Source of the DNA: an uncultured Calditrichaceae bacterium
Lineage (GTDB): Bacteria; Calditrichota; Calditrichia; Calditrichales; J004
Reading direction: 5' to 3'
Assembly: GCA_964456445.1 (NCBI GenBank)
Contig: CAYWBI010000007.1
Span: forward strand, 1 to 57,643
DNA: 57,643 nt
The notes under the pieces were generated by a model, which worked only from the letters and a program-made list of their open reading frames with translations, ran no database searches and was not told the origin of the DNA. Below, piece by piece: positions 40,600-51,656 of this stretch (its first letter is position 1; each line of letters starts with the position of its first letter). Both the position numbers and the translations under genes were made by a program.

Positions 40600-41940
40600 G
40601 TGTACATAGTAATCGTTGGTGCAGGAAACGTTGGCTATAACCTGGCAAAACTGCTGTCCTATGAAAAACACGATGTGGCCATTATCGAACAAAATCCACA
40701 GGTATTTTCCCGTGCCCAGGAAGGTCTTGATGCCCAGGCTTTCCTGGGCAGTGGATGCAGCTACCGGCTTTTACAGAAAGCACATATCGAGCAGGCGGAT
40801 TTACTGGTTGCGGTTTCCAATAACGATGAAGCCAATATCCTTTCCTGCATGGCCGCCAAATCATTTAAGGTAAAAACGACCATCGCCCGTGTCCAAAACC
40901 GGGAGTATCTCCATGAACAATCTCCGATAAACGGTAAAAAACTTGGGATTGACCTTTTAATCCATCCGGAATCTGAGGCGGCGAACGGAGCAATCCGTTT
41001 GCTTGAACAAAGCGCTGCCAGCCATATCATCGAATTTGCCGATGGCAAGATTGTTTTGATCGGGATTCAACTTGACCGTGATCTCAACATATTGCGTACA
41101 CCGTTAAAAGAGCTGGACCCTCAATTTTCGGATCTGGAATTCCGTACGGTTGCCATCCAGCGCAAGGAACGCACGCTTATCCCAGACGGCAATGATATGT
41201 TTATGCCGAATGACCGTATCTTTATCGCGGTAACCCGCAACAAAATTGAAGAAGCGATAAAACTTTTTGGTAAAGAGAACCGGGCAATCCAAAACGTGAT
41301 GATCATGGGCGGTGGACAAACAGGGTTTTTAATCGCTAAAATCCTGGAAAAACGTTTCAATGTAAAAATTATTGAATCAAGAGAAGATATTGCGGAACAG
41401 TTGGCCGAAAAACTGACCAAGGCTTTGGTTATACGCGGTGACGGGCTGGACATGAATTTGCTTGCGCTGGAAGGGATAATCGATATGGACGCCTTTATCG
41501 CCGTGACAGGCGATGATGAAACAAACCTGGTTGCCAGCCTGATGGCCAAACACCTTGAGGTGCCAAAAATCGTTTCACTGATCAATAAAACAGAATACAC
41601 ACCCATTATTCCAACCATTGGCATAGATGCGTATATTTCCAAACAAATGCTGACGGTAAACAGTATCTTGCGCTACATCCGCAGAGGTCAAATCGCAAGC
41701 GTAGCTTCCATACCCGGCACACCCGTGGAAGCCATCGAATTTATAACGAGTGAAAATTCAAAAGTGACAAACAAGAAATTGAGCCAACTCAAATTTCCAA
41801 AAAATGCGATCGTTGGCGGTGTCTCCCGAAATGGTGCGGCCTTTATCCCTGTGGGCAGCACGCAAATCCAGGCCATGGACAAGGTTGTGCTGTTTGCATT
41901 GCCCTCGGCCATACATGCACTTGAAAAAATGTTTGAATAA
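40600..41940 (+). CDS. trkA: Trk potassium uptake NAD-binding subunit
   Basis: Two RCK_N (GAGNVG; GGGQTG) and two RCK_C domains, 446 aa, adjacent to trkH. Confidence 0.95.
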   Translation: MYIVIVGAGNVGYNLAKLLSYEKHDVAIIEQNPQVFSRAQEGLDAQAFLGSGCSYRLLQKAHIEQADLLVAVSNNDEANILSCMAAKSFKVKTTIARVQNREYLHEQSPINGKKLGIDLLIHPESEAANGAIRLLEQSAASHIIEFADGKIVLIGIQLDRDLNILRTPLKELDPQFSDLEFRTVAIQRKERTLIPDGNDMFMPNDRIFIAVTRNKIEEAIKLFGKENRAIQNVMIMGGGQTGFLIAKILEKRFNVKIIESREDIAEQLAEKLTKALVIRGDGLDMNLLALEGIIDMDAFIAVTGDDETNLVASLMAKHLEVPKIVSLINKTEYTPIIPTIGIDAYISKQMLTVNSILRYIRRGQIASVASIPGTPVEAIEFITSENSKVTNKKLSQLKFPKNAIVGGVSRNGAAFIPVGSTQIQAMDKVVLFALPSAIHALEKMFE

Positions 41941-41955
41941 AACAGGACCTCCCCT

Positions 41956-43401
41956 TTGCAATTAAAATCCGTTCTGAATGTACTCAGTGCGCTGATGATC
42001 GTTCTGGCCATATCCCTTTTACCGCCCACCATCATCAGCTATTTTTATGAAAAGACCGATTTAAATGCGTTTTTGACGACCATATTCATATCAACGTCCG
42101 GCGGGCTGATACTTTATTTTGCAACCCGTGCTTACCGCCGGGAACTACGGGCAAAAGACGGTTTTGTCATTGTCACTCTCGGCTGGATTCTTTTTTCCGC
42201 CCTGGGCGCCCTGCCCTTCTTTTTGTCGGGATTTATCCCCTCCTATACCGACGCCTTTTTTGAAACCATGTCCGGCTTTACAACCACCGGGGCAACGATT
42301 CTATCCAACATCGAGGGTCTGCCACATGGTCTTTTGTTCTGGCGATCGCTTACCCATTGGCTGGGCGGGATGGGCATCATCTTACTTTCTCTGGCGATTT
42401 TACCCCTGCTTGGCGTTGGCGGGATGCAACTTTTTAAGGCCGAGGTCCCGGGCCCTACGCCCGATAAACTGACCCCACGCATCAAGCATACTGCTGAATT
42501 GCTATGGGGCGTATATCTTTTACTTACTGTTCTGGAAATCCTTTTGTTGATGGGCGGGGGCATGGGCTGGTTCGACTCGGTTTGCCATACCTTCGGCACC
42601 ATGGCCACCGGCGGGTTCTCAACCAAAAACACCAGCATCGCCTATTTTCACAGCGGGTATATCGATTATGTTATCACCTTGTTTATGATTTTGGCAGGGA
42701 TGAATTTTTCGCTCCATTACCGGGCTTTACGCGGGAAGCCATTAATCTATTTTAAAGACAGGGAAACCCTCTTTTATTTTAGCATCATTGCGGCGACAAC
42801 TATTTTTATTGCCATCAGCATTTATCAGCAAACACACGAAGGCGTTGAACTCAGTTTCCGTCATGCCGTTTTCCAGGTTGCGTCAATTATAACCACAACG
42901 GGTTATGGCACCGCGGATTACGAACAATGGAGTACAACATCGCGCATGTTGCTTTTTATCCTGATGTTTTTAGGCGGATGTGCCGGATCGACCGGTGGGG
43001 GGTTAAAAATAATCCGAACACTTATTTTAATAAAATTCAGCATGAATGAGATAAAAAAGTTGGTTCATCCCCAAGCCGTGCTACCGGTTCGTATTGGCAA
43101 TAAGGTTGTTTCCCCCGATATAATTTCAAATGTGGCGGGCTTTTATCTTTTTTATATTTCTATTTTCGTTACAGGCGTCTTGTTCCTAAACGTGGTCGGC
43201 CTGAATTTTGAAACATCTCTGGGCGGCGTGGCGGCTACGCTGGGCAATATCGGGCCCGGCCTGGGCGAGCTGGGCCCTACCGACAATTATGGATTTTTAC
43301 CCGTTGCGGCCAAATGGTTTCTCTCTTTTCTTATGTTGGTGGGCAGGTTGGAAATTTATACCGTACTGATTCTGTTTACACCGGTCTTTTGGAAGAAATA
43401 A
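41956..43401 (+). CDS. trkH: Trk potassium uptake membrane subunit
   Basis: FFETMSGFTTTGAT, WLGGMG, TGGFS, TTTGY, GGCAGSTGGG, GNIGPG, GRLEI. Confidence 0.96.
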   Translation: MQLKSVLNVLSALMIVLAISLLPPTIISYFYEKTDLNAFLTTIFISTSGGLILYFATRAYRRELRAKDGFVIVTLGWILFSALGALPFFLSGFIPSYTDAFFETMSGFTTTGATILSNIEGLPHGLLFWRSLTHWLGGMGIILLSLAILPLLGVGGMQLFKAEVPGPTPDKLTPRIKHTAELLWGVYLLLTVLEILLLMGGGMGWFDSVCHTFGTMATGGFSTKNTSIAYFHSGYIDYVITLFMILAGMNFSLHYRALRGKPLIYFKDRETLFYFSIIAATTIFIAISIYQQTHEGVELSFRHAVFQVASIITTTGYGTADYEQWSTTSRMLLFILMFLGGCAGSTGGGLKIIRTLILIKFSMNEIKKLVHPQAVLPVRIGNKVVSPDIISNVAGFYLFYISIFVTGVLFLNVVGLNFETSLGGVAATLGNIGPGLGELGPTDNYGFLPVAAKWFLSFLMLVGRLEIYTVLILFTPVFWKK

Positions 43402-43669
43402 GATATTAAAGATTTAATGGCTGCTCTTCAAAGATCGTGACGAATTTAAGCCCGAAGGCTCAGGATGCAACACGGCCAGCTCCGGGTAAATGCCTTTCGA
43501 AATAATACACCCCTCCCGTTTTTCTTTTCTCCACTGCCTGGTGTTTATCTCCCTTTTCCGGAGATTCGCTCTAAGCGCCCCGTGCAAATCAAGACAGCTC
43601 CTATCTGTCTTGACATTGCCTGTTCCGGTCACTATCTTGCGCATATGTGTCTTTTGAGGAGGATACAAA

Positions 43670-45073
43670 ATGAAAATATTTTTCATGCTGATCTTTTTAT
43701 TCACAACACTCGATGCCCAACAATTTAGCCCAAAACCTTTTATCACTATCGCGGGTGATAACCAAAATGTTTTTGTTTCGCAGAATTACCCCAGGTATGA
43801 TGGGGCGCATTATATTTGCTGGGAGAACCATGTAAATGACCGCTACCGCATCCTGATGCGCCGGATCAGCCCCGATACCGGCTCGATTGTAACCGTGGCC
43901 AACAGCATTCATCCGCTCCGTTATCCGCAAATCCAGGTCTCAGGAAGTAGAATCTCCCTGGCATGGAAAATGGAAATAAATAACCGCGGGCGGATTTATT
44001 ACAAATCCTACCTGGAAGGCGTCCCAGATAGCGCGCGTATTCTTTCCGATACGACCCGTAACGCCGGGCAACCAGGGCTTGGCCAAAACCATGTGGCCTG
44101 GGTCAGTGATTCCACTTTGCTCATTCTGCCTCTTGACAGTACCTATGCGGTTCTTAGACTCCCATGCAAAGGATGCAGCAAACCCATACTGGCGTCTTAT
44201 GATGATAATCGCATTTTCAAGTTGTACTATCGCCAACAGACCGATTCCATCGCCAATATTGTCCGCTTAAATTTCAACAATTATTATACCGACAGTATCA
44301 CTTCTGCAATAATTTCCGGGGGAAAAGAGAGTGATTCGCCACGGAGCACCTTTGAGGGAGGGATTGTTTTTCGTCAACAAACAGATAACGCCTGGCATAT
44401 CGTTACCAGTGATGTTTACGATATAGATTATTCACTAAAGAACCTGATCCCTTTTCACCCCTATTATTATCAATTGATAATCTTTACGGTAGGCGGTCAA
44501 CTGGAGTCGCAACCCATCGATGCGCCCCGAATGCTTATATTTGACGCCGCGCCAAATGGGCTCAGCGATATTTATTTCAACAACCTGGAATATGGCGAAG
44601 CAGGTGACACGATCAACGTGTCCCAATCCCCCTACCCGGATCAAAAGCCGGTGATGACGGTGATTCCCAGTTATGAACAGCCGCAAGACAGTACAGACCT
44701 GGTGATCTTCTGGGAACATACCGGCGCCAACAACAAATCCGATATCTATTGGGCCCGCTATAAATACTTCACACCAACAGGACTGGATGAAGCAAAGCAA
44801 GTTAAACCCGAAACAGTGGAATTAATCGGCAACTATCCCAATCCGTTCAATCCATCCACAATAATCCGTTACCGTTTGTCCAGGACACAGAAGCTAAAAC
44901 TGCTGTTGTTTGACGCAAGTGGTCACCTGATCCGCACTTTGTTTTCGGGCGTGCAACCTGCCGGGGTGCATCAGCTAACCTTCGAGGCTAGTGATTTGGC
45001 CAGTGGAATTTATTTCTACCGCCTGCAGACAGGCGGTTTTATGCGCACTAAAAAGATGTTGTTGTTACGGTGA
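43670..45073 (+). CDS. Secreted beta-rich protein with T9SS/FlgD-like C-terminal sorting domain
   Basis: RBS GAGGAGG, signal peptide, C-terminal NYPNPFNPST...LASGIYFYRL...KKMLLLR. Confidence 0.85.
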   Translation: MKIFFMLIFLFTTLDAQQFSPKPFITIAGDNQNVFVSQNYPRYDGAHYICWENHVNDRYRILMRRISPDTGSIVTVANSIHPLRYPQIQVSGSRISLAWKMEINNRGRIYYKSYLEGVPDSARILSDTTRNAGQPGLGQNHVAWVSDSTLLILPLDSTYAVLRLPCKGCSKPILASYDDNRIFKLYYRQQTDSIANIVRLNFNNYYTDSITSAIISGGKESDSPRSTFEGGIVFRQQTDNAWHIVTSDVYDIDYSLKNLIPFHPYYYQLIIFTVGGQLESQPIDAPRMLIFDAAPNGLSDIYFNNLEYGEAGDTINVSQSPYPDQKPVMTVIPSYEQPQDSTDLVIFWEHTGANNKSDIYWARYKYFTPTGLDEAKQVKPETVELIGNYPNPFNPSTIIRYRLSRTQKLKLLLFDASGHLIRTLFSGVQPAGVHQLTFEASDLASGIYFYRLQTGGFMRTKKMLLLR

Positions 45074-45127
45074 AGCTTTCTTAGATCTTATCAAAAATTT
45101 TCCCGGAGGACTCCGGAGGAGGTTGTT

Positions 45128-45631
45128 ATGCATAAAAGGATCGTATTGATCCTTCTTGGGATTCTTCTTCCAGCGTTTTGTCTAAGCGCTCAATCTACCG
45201 GACAACAAGCCGTTTCACAGACAAAGTCCGCTAAGGTGGACTCGCTCTCTTTTCTGCCAGAGGGTACAGTCATATCGTCCCGACGCGGAAATAAGATTAT
45301 ATGCTTCCTACCTGGCAACACCATAGTGCAAGGCCTGTTGTGCCATGGTCATAAACATGATTACCAGACTGTGTTCTATACCAATGGAAATTTGAGCCTG
45401 GCCTGGCTTGTTAATGATACGGTGATCCAGCGCATTCCGTGTGCGGCGGCAAGTTTTTGGACGGAGATACTAAGGGGCATCTATGGAAGCGCGGGTGTGC
45501 ATTTCCATCCCAATGGAAAACTATCTCAATGTAAATTGTCAAAAGATTTCAGAATCGAGGGACATACATTCAAGAAAGGCGATGTGTTGCATTTTGATAA
45601 AACAGGAAATCTGTTACTACAAAACCCATAG
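45128..45631 (+). CDS. Secreted hypothetical protein with MORN-like beta repeats
   Basis: Strong RBS, signal peptide, repeats FYTNGNLS / FHPNGKLS / FDKTGNL. Confidence 0.7.
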   Translation: MHKRIVLILLGILLPAFCLSAQSTGQQAVSQTKSAKVDSLSFLPEGTVISSRRGNKIICFLPGNTIVQGLLCHGHKHDYQTVFYTNGNLSLAWLVNDTVIQRIPCAAASFWTEILRGIYGSAGVHFHPNGKLSQCKLSKDFRIEGHTFKKGDVLHFDKTGNLLLQNP

Positions 45632-45652
45632 TTGACTTCGGCAACAGAAAGT

Positions 45653-45686
45653 AAAAAAATCCCCCGCCTAAAAAAGCGGAGGATTT
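45653..45686. terminator. Probable terminator between convergent genes (typA side has the U-tract)
   Basis: A7-TCCCCCGC...GCGGAGGATTT imperfect stem. Confidence 0.6.
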
Positions 45687-45723
45687 CATTTTTGATAAAA
45701 TTTTATAATATAATTGTTACAGT

Positions 45724-47547
45724 CTATGCTTTTTTCAGTTTTGCAGATTGCGATTTTCTGCGTTCGTTCTCGTCCAGAATACTCTTGCGAATGCGTACCG
45801 ATTTAGGTGTAACTTCCACCAGTTCATCATCACCGACAAATTCAAGAAATTCCTCAAGGCTCATCTTTATAGCCGGTGTTATTTTAACGGATTTATCTGA
45901 GCCGGAAGCACGCATATTACTCAACTTTTTAGCTTTTTGAAGGTTTACCGGAAGATCACTATCCTTATTATAAACGCCCACAACCTGTCCGGCATAACAC
46001 GGATCGCCGGGTTCGACAAAAAAGGCTCCACGATCCTGTAACGCATCGATGGCATAGGCGATGGCCGCCCCTTGTCCCAAAGAAACCATTACACCGTTAA
46101 GACGGTGCGGTATCGATCCCTTAAACAACTCATATTGATAAAATCGATGGTTCATTACCGCTTCACCGGCTGTTGCCGTCATCAGTTTATTTCTAAGCCC
46201 CATCAGTCCCCTGGACGGTATATGAAAGACCAGACTTTTAAATGACCCTTTTTCTTCGATACTAATCAGGCTCCCGCGTCTGGGAGAGACCAATTCGATT
46301 ACCTTTCCGGACCATTGATCCAGCACATTTACAACCAGTTCTTCAACCGGCTCTGCTTTATGGCCATCAATGGTTTTATAAATTACCTTTGGTTGCCCAA
46401 CAGCAAATTCATAGCCATCCCGACGCATGTTTTCGATAAGAATGGACAAATGAAGAATACCGCGACCCGAGACCTTATAGCTGTCGGGAGAAACCCCTTC
46501 TTCCACCCGCAAAGCCACATCGGATTGCAGTTCACGCATCAACCGATCGCGTAAATGGCGACTGGTCACATACTTACCTTCTTTACCAAAAAACGGCGAA
46601 GTGTTTATGGTAAAGGTCATACTGATGGTCGGCTCATCTATAGCAATCAATGGCATAGGCTCCGGGTTTTCCGCTGCGGCGATGGTATCGCCAATATTCA
46701 CATCTTCGATACCTACCACGGCACATATATCACCGGCAGGGATATTTTCCTGCTCAACACGGTTTAACCCTTCAAAAGTGAACAACTGCTTTATCTGGAT
46801 ATCGCGGATCAGCCCCTTGCGGTCGATCAGTTTATATTTTTCCTTATTGGACAAAACACCCCTAAACACACGCCCCACGCCAATCCGTCCCACATAGGAA
46901 GAATAGTCCAGCGATGTAACCTGAATTTGTGTGGCGCCTTCTTTTACATCCGGGCAGGGAATTCCATCAACAATCGCTTCCATAAGGTCGTTCATGTTTT
47001 TACCGGTTGTGACCATTTCTTTACTGGCCCAACCGTTTTTGGCAGATGCATAAATAACCGGGAACTCCAATTGGTCTTCATCCGCGCCAAGATCGATAAA
47101 CAGATCATAAATTTCATCCAGAACTTCTTCCGGACGTACCTGCGGACGGTCCATCTTATTTATTACAACAATAGGCTTTAGGTTGAGCGCCAACGCTTTT
47201 TGCAATACAAAGCGTGTCTGGGGCATGGTGCCCTCAAAAGCATCCACCAGCAAAAGCACACCATTGGACATTTTAAGCACCCGCTCCACCTCGCCACCAA
47301 AGTCGGCATGGCCCGGTGTGTCAATTATGTTGATTTTATAATCGTTATAACGGATCGAAATATTTTTGGATAAAATCGTAATTCCACGTTCACGTTCCAG
47401 ATCATTTGAATCCATAAAACGTTCCTGGAATTTTTCGTTCTCACGGAAAAAATGGGTATTCTTTAGCATCTCGTCAACCAGGGTTGTTTTACCATGATCC
47501 ACATGGGCTATAATGGCAATATTTCTTATTTTTGAAACTTCAATCAT
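45724..47547 (-). CDS. typA: Translational GTPase TypA/BipA
   Basis: [46 protein letters not shown]. Confidence 0.97.
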   Translation of the reverse strand: MIEVSKIRNIAIIAHVDHGKTTLVDEMLKNTHFFRENEKFQERFMDSNDLERERGITILSKNISIRYNDYKINIIDTPGHADFGGEVERVLKMSNGVLLLVDAFEGTMPQTRFVLQKALALNLKPIVVINKMDRPQVRPEEVLDEIYDLFIDLGADEDQLEFPVIYASAKNGWASKEMVTTGKNMNDLMEAIVDGIPCPDVKEGATQIQVTSLDYSSYVGRIGVGRVFRGVLSNKEKYKLIDRKGLIRDIQIKQLFTFEGLNRVEQENIPAGDICAVVGIEDVNIGDTIAAAENPEPMPLIAIDEPTISMTFTINTSPFFGKEGKYVTSRHLRDRLMRELQSDVALRVEEGVSPDSYKVSGRGILHLSILIENMRRDGYEFAVGQPKVIYKTIDGHKAEPVEELVVNVLDQWSGKVIELVSPRRGSLISIEEKGSFKSLVFHIPSRGLMGLRNKLMTATAGEAVMNHRFYQYELFKGSIPHRLNGVMVSLGQGAAIAYAIDALQDRGAFFVEPGDPCYAGQVVGVYNKDSDLPVNLQKAKKLSNMRASGSDKSVKITPAIKMSLEEFLEFVGDDELVEVTPKSVRIRKSILDENERRKSQSAKLKKA

Positions 47548-47708
47548 TCTGTTTTCCTTATATCACTAATAAATCTGTAGCTTATCATATTGGTACAATA
47601 AAAGATGGCCGGTTTGCGCACCCGTGTTAAACCCATATTTATAGGCAACCAATAAATTATTAAAAAGAAGTTTTTAAGATACAAAAATATCATGCAGATA
47701 GCATGTTT

Positions 47709-48344
47709 TTATTTTTTGGAAGGGAAAGGTTTGATACCATTTATGATAATATCAAAAATATGTTGCTTGCGCAATGCCAAAAAAGTATTTCGATCATAGC
47801 TACCAATTGAACCTAAAAATATTTTGAGCATGGGTTCCGCCATAAAAAAATAAAGGCTCGATCCGATGATGGTTATGAATAATTGAACCGGATCTACTGC
47901 CCGAATTTCACCGTTATCTATGGCCTTCTGGATTTTATCTATAAAAAGCTGTGGAAGCCTGAAGTCCTTGGACAACAGCTCACGCGAAACAATCCCCTTT
48001 AGAAATTCGGCCCCTTCGCTCAGTTCGCGCATTATAAACAAGGGCACTTTGGGGTTGTCGTCGATCAGGTTGATGTATTCATCAAGAAACAAACGGAGCG
48101 CTTCGCTAAAAGGAATGTCACGTTCAAAAACATGGTGAATGCTGCCGAACACATGGGAGAAGACGGTTTCAAAGACATGGGCGTAAAGCCTGTCCTTGCT
48201 ACGGAAATAATAATGTAACATGGCTTTGTTTATCTGCGCCCTGTCGGCTATTTCCTGCATTTTGGCGCCGTACCTGCCCTTTTCAACAAATACTGTCATT
48301 GCCGCCCGGAAAATTTTTTCTTCTGTGGAAACTGAACCAGCCAT
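47709..48344 (-). CDS. TetR/AcrR family transcriptional regulator
   Basis: IFRAAMTVFVEKG...MQEIADRAQINKAMLHYYFRSKDRLY HTH. Confidence 0.93.
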   Translation of the reverse strand: MAGSVSTEEKIFRAAMTVFVEKGRYGAKMQEIADRAQINKAMLHYYFRSKDRLYAHVFETVFSHVFGSIHHVFERDIPFSEALRLFLDEYINLIDDNPKVPLFIMRELSEGAEFLKGIVSRELLSKDFRLPQLFIDKIQKAIDNGEIRAVDPVQLFITIIGSSLYFFMAEPMLKIFLGSIGSYDRNTFLALRKQHIFDIIINGIKPFPSKK

Positions 48345-48421
48345 TTTACCTGTGTCGTTATATTATATGTTACCTTAAGCTATGAAAAGGAAATTTGAAG
48401 TACAAGCCCGGGAAATATCAA

Positions 48422-48742
48422 TTAAGAAGTAAGAAGTAAGAAGTAAGAAGTAAGAAGTAAGAAATAAGAAGTAAGAAGTAAGAAGTAAGAAGTAAGAAGG
48501 GATTGGTTACTTGCATTTTTTAACAGATCAAAATATTCCTGGCGGGTTATGCCGGCTGTTGATATGAAACTTTTTATAATCAAGATTCTAATTTCATCAT
48601 ATGTTGGTATTACGATCGGGCGCAAAGTGCCTTCGCGGATATAAATGCGGTGGCTGGTACCGCTATGGCGGGCTAATTCAAAGACAATTTTGCGGGCAAT
48701 ACAATCTAGTGTTTTCCAGGATACAGGGGTTAGGCGTGGCAT
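48422..48742 (-). CDS. hicA: HicA-family toxin with repeat-encoded C-terminal tail
   Basis: MPRLTPVS...GTSHRIY...PIVIP...IIKSF...AGITRQEYFDLL is a HicA dsRBD-like pattern; tail (LLTSYF)n comes from the heptamer repeat. Confidence 0.78.
   Translation of the reverse strand: MPRLTPVSWKTLDCIARKIVFELARHSGTSHRIYIREGTLRPIVIPTYDEIRILIIKSFISTAGITRQEYFDLLKNASNQSLLTSYFLLLTSYFLLLTSYFLLLTS
48423..48499. repeat. Heptamer tandem repeat (TAAGAAG)x11
   Basis: 11 units, the sixth being TAAGAAA. Confidence 0.97.
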
Positions 48743-49065
48743 AACTGCTGTGGACCGGTGAGGGCCAGTGGCAATTGCACGTCCATATATTGGGTGTTGG
48801 GCTCAGCAAGTATTGCAGGAGCGCTTAGACCCACACTACGGAAACCTGCCTGTTTAAGAACTTTATCCAATACACCGCGATCAAAGCAGTTAATCAGAAA
48901 CAGTGAAGTGGCTTCGCTTAGGTTTTTCATTGCTTCTTCCCGGCTATGCCCCTGCGAAACAACATTCAACGCGCGGCATTCGGAAACCCACCATTCACCG
49001 TCCTGGGTTAGGTTGTACGGCATAGAAAGTTTAAACTCTACAAATAGTTTATCTTTTAACATCAT
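48730..49065 (-). CDS. hicB: HicB-family antitoxin (short form)
   Basis: WWVSECRALNVVSQGHSREEAMKNLSEA = HicB partial RNase H fold; GGGGA RBS before ATG 49065/49062; overlaps hicA start; ORF track start 49137. Confidence 0.82.
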   Translation of the reverse strand: MMLKDKLFVEFKLSMPYNLTQDGEWWVSECRALNVVSQGHSREEAMKNLSEATSLFLINCFDRGVLDKVLKQAGFRSVGLSAPAILAEPNTQYMDVQLPLALTGPQQLCHA

Positions 49066-49511
49066 TTCCCCCGACTTGGTGATGTTTATTCTTAAACATG
49101 CATGCATACTGCCTGTTCCATTTAGATATCGGCACATGCATAAAATAAATGATCAACTTTAGATGATTGATGGATTTTTGATTGTGATTCAGGATAAAAT
49201 ATACAGCAATAAAAGCGCGGGTGCAAGAAGCGATGCAGGCGATAGGTTCATGGGTGGCCGATAAACATGGAATCTATATACATTATTAGTTGATTGCTGT
49301 GATGGCTGGAAATTATTTTGGCGGAAGCAAGGAGTATAAAAAAACTCGCTGGGCGCTCTTTAATTTCCATTGGAATAAATTTTAAAAAACCAGCATTTTT
49401 AACAGTGTTGTGTTGATAACTGGCAAATTGTACTATGCTCTGTTCTCCCGCTTGCGTTGCATGGGGTGCCGATGTTATTTTTAAAGGTTATGTTCATCCT
49501 AAGACGCAGGA

Positions 49512-50759
49512 GTGGTAGTGAGTAAAATTTATGTAAATTCCGAGATAGCCCCCTTAAAGAAAGTAATCATACATACGCCGGGTCATGAACTGGAACTGAT
49601 GACGCCGGACACCGCCGAAGAAGTTTTATATGACGATATCCTTAACTTAGATAATGCACGCTCTCAGCATGCACAACTGGCCGCCGTGCTGCGTAAGGTA
49701 TCACAACCATTTGAGGTCATTGATCTGTTAACAGACATCCTGCAATCAGTGAGTATAAAGGCCGAACTCGTTAACGAGATCTGTACCAAATTAAATGTTT
49801 CCCATCACCGGGACGATTTGCTCGAGCTGTCGCCGAAGAAACTGGCCAATCAACTTATTTCCGGGACGGCAACAAAACGCGATACCCTGGAACGCTTTCT
49901 ATCAAAAAACCAATATGCCATACCACCGTTGCCAAACCTGTTTTTTACCCGTGACGCCGCAATGGTGGTCAATGGTCATGCCCTGATCGGCAATATGGCC
50001 ACACAGGTACGCACTACTGAAACCATATTGATGCGCTATCTTTTTCGCTATCATCCGGAATTGGAATGTTCCGAAGACGATACCGTGGATATGAGCTACC
50101 TGAACACCAACCATGCCACCTTCGAGGGCGGCGATGTCTTAATTTTGCGTGAAGATACGGTTGTCATCGGTATGGGCGAGCGAACAAATCCGGGCGGCAT
50201 TGATCTGCTTATAGAGCATTTTAAAAAGGCCGGTAAGATGAAGAATATATTTGTTGTATTGCTGCCCAAACACCGCGCCTGGATCCACCTCGACATGGTA
50301 TTTACCATGGTGGACAGCGATAAGGCCGTGGTATTTTCGGATTTAATCAATTCCAGCCATGCCGTGGATGTGGTACATATTGATATCCACAACCCGGACA
50401 AACCCTTGTTCAAACGCCACGACTATTTGCTGGATGCCTTAAAAAAAGTAGGCATTAAACTTGAGCCCATCCATTGCGGAGGTCATGTCCCCCTGTATCA
50501 ACAACGCGAACAGTGGCAATCAGGGGCTAACTTTTTTACCATTGCCCCCGGAAAAATCATCGGGTATGGGATGAACGTGCATACCTATGAAGAATTGGCC
50601 AAGGCAGGCATTCCCCGTGTGGAGGCGGACGATATCATATCCGGCAAAGTGGATTTGCAAAAATTAGACAAATACGCCGTGGCCATGAAAGGCAACGAAC
50701 TGACCCGTGGCGGTGGCGGCTGCCGTTGTATGACGATGCCTATTTTGCGCGAGAAATAA
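49512..50759 (+). CDS. arcA: Arginine deiminase
   Basis: VNSEIAPLKKVIIHTPG, PNLFFTRD, EGGD, HLDMVF, ELTRGGGGCRCMTMP; GTG start at 49512 or 49518. Confidence 0.92.
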   Translation: MVVSKIYVNSEIAPLKKVIIHTPGHELELMTPDTAEEVLYDDILNLDNARSQHAQLAAVLRKVSQPFEVIDLLTDILQSVSIKAELVNEICTKLNVSHHRDDLLELSPKKLANQLISGTATKRDTLERFLSKNQYAIPPLPNLFFTRDAAMVVNGHALIGNMATQVRTTETILMRYLFRYHPELECSEDDTVDMSYLNTNHATFEGGDVLILREDTVVIGMGERTNPGGIDLLIEHFKKAGKMKNIFVVLLPKHRAWIHLDMVFTMVDSDKAVVFSDLINSSHAVDVVHIDIHNPDKPLFKRHDYLLDALKKVGIKLEPIHCGGHVPLYQQREQWQSGANFFTIAPGKIIGYGMNVHTYEELAKAGIPRVEADDIISGKVDLQKLDKYAVAMKGNELTRGGGGCRCMTMPILREK

Positions 50760-50895
50760 ACAATTAATTAATCATTGCCCCATGCCTGGGAATCAATATG
50801 GATAATAGATCACGTACTATCTGTTGTGATTTGATTTTGATAATCTGCAACAAAACAAATAGTACACCTTGTATCATTAATCATTTGGAGGCCTT

Positions 50896-51420
50896 ATGTT
50901 TAAGCTTGTTATGTTTGTTTTATTCATTTCTGTTTTTGGATTTCTAAGTTGTTCCAAAACAGCGGATGCACAAATGCAAATGTATCTCGAAACCTATTAT
51001 CCTACCAGCGGAACCTTTTCCTATCAAATTGCCTTTGACTGGGGAGACTATGATATTCATACCGGGGCCAATGCCACCGAGAAACTAAGCCCAGAGGCCG
51101 GGCCCTATCGCGGTTTTATTACCATGAGACCTTCTGTGGCAATGACAAATAATAACGAACAGTTAAAAACTTATCTCGTAACCCCGGACGGAGAAGTCTG
51201 GACCACAACGGCATCAGACATCCCGGCGACGATAACCCGTAAAGAAGTGTTTACGAAAAAAACCCAATATGGCACATCAACAACGACAAAAACCATAACA
51301 TCCGCCAGTGAGCCGGTCATCGATTATTTCAAAACACATAAAGGTTCCTGGGAAAAATATGCAGCGCTAAAATCAAGTGATGGCAAAAAATATACACTTG
51401 AAAAAGTAAGCACAAAATAA
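50896..51420 (+). CDS. Hypothetical lipoprotein
   Basis: GGAGG RBS, lipobox FLSC, no recognised domain. Confidence 0.7.
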   Translation: MFKLVMFVLFISVFGFLSCSKTADAQMQMYLETYYPTSGTFSYQIAFDWGDYDIHTGANATEKLSPEAGPYRGFITMRPSVAMTNNNEQLKTYLVTPDGEVWTTTASDIPATITRKEVFTKKTQYGTSTTTKTITSASEPVIDYFKTHKGSWEKYAALKSSDGKKYTLEKVSTK

Positions 51421-51656
51421 CATGTTGTTCAGCCAGGCCTTAAAATGTATTGATTTTTTTTGAATATACCGCCCTCTAAGATAAATCATCGCTCCAAAAC
51501 GTGGAACATTTATGGCGCGGATGGTTGTGAGAACAGGCAAATGCGGGCATCAGGACGTCCGGCGCCAAGCCACGTTGTCCGCTTTTATCTGATGGGCCGG
51601 GGCAGGCTGGCCGGAAGCCGAGTGGGCAGGCCTCAAATAAATAAGGATGTTATTGC

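Noticed and set aside
43414-43746. Minus-strand 110-aa ORF between trkH and the secreted protein
   Set aside because: Overlaps the next gene's start on the opposite strand and shows no recognisable motif
45101-45122. CCGGAGGA direct repeat and small hairpin over the RBS as a translational switch
   Set aside because: Stem of only 5-6 bp; compatible with chance or a small duplication
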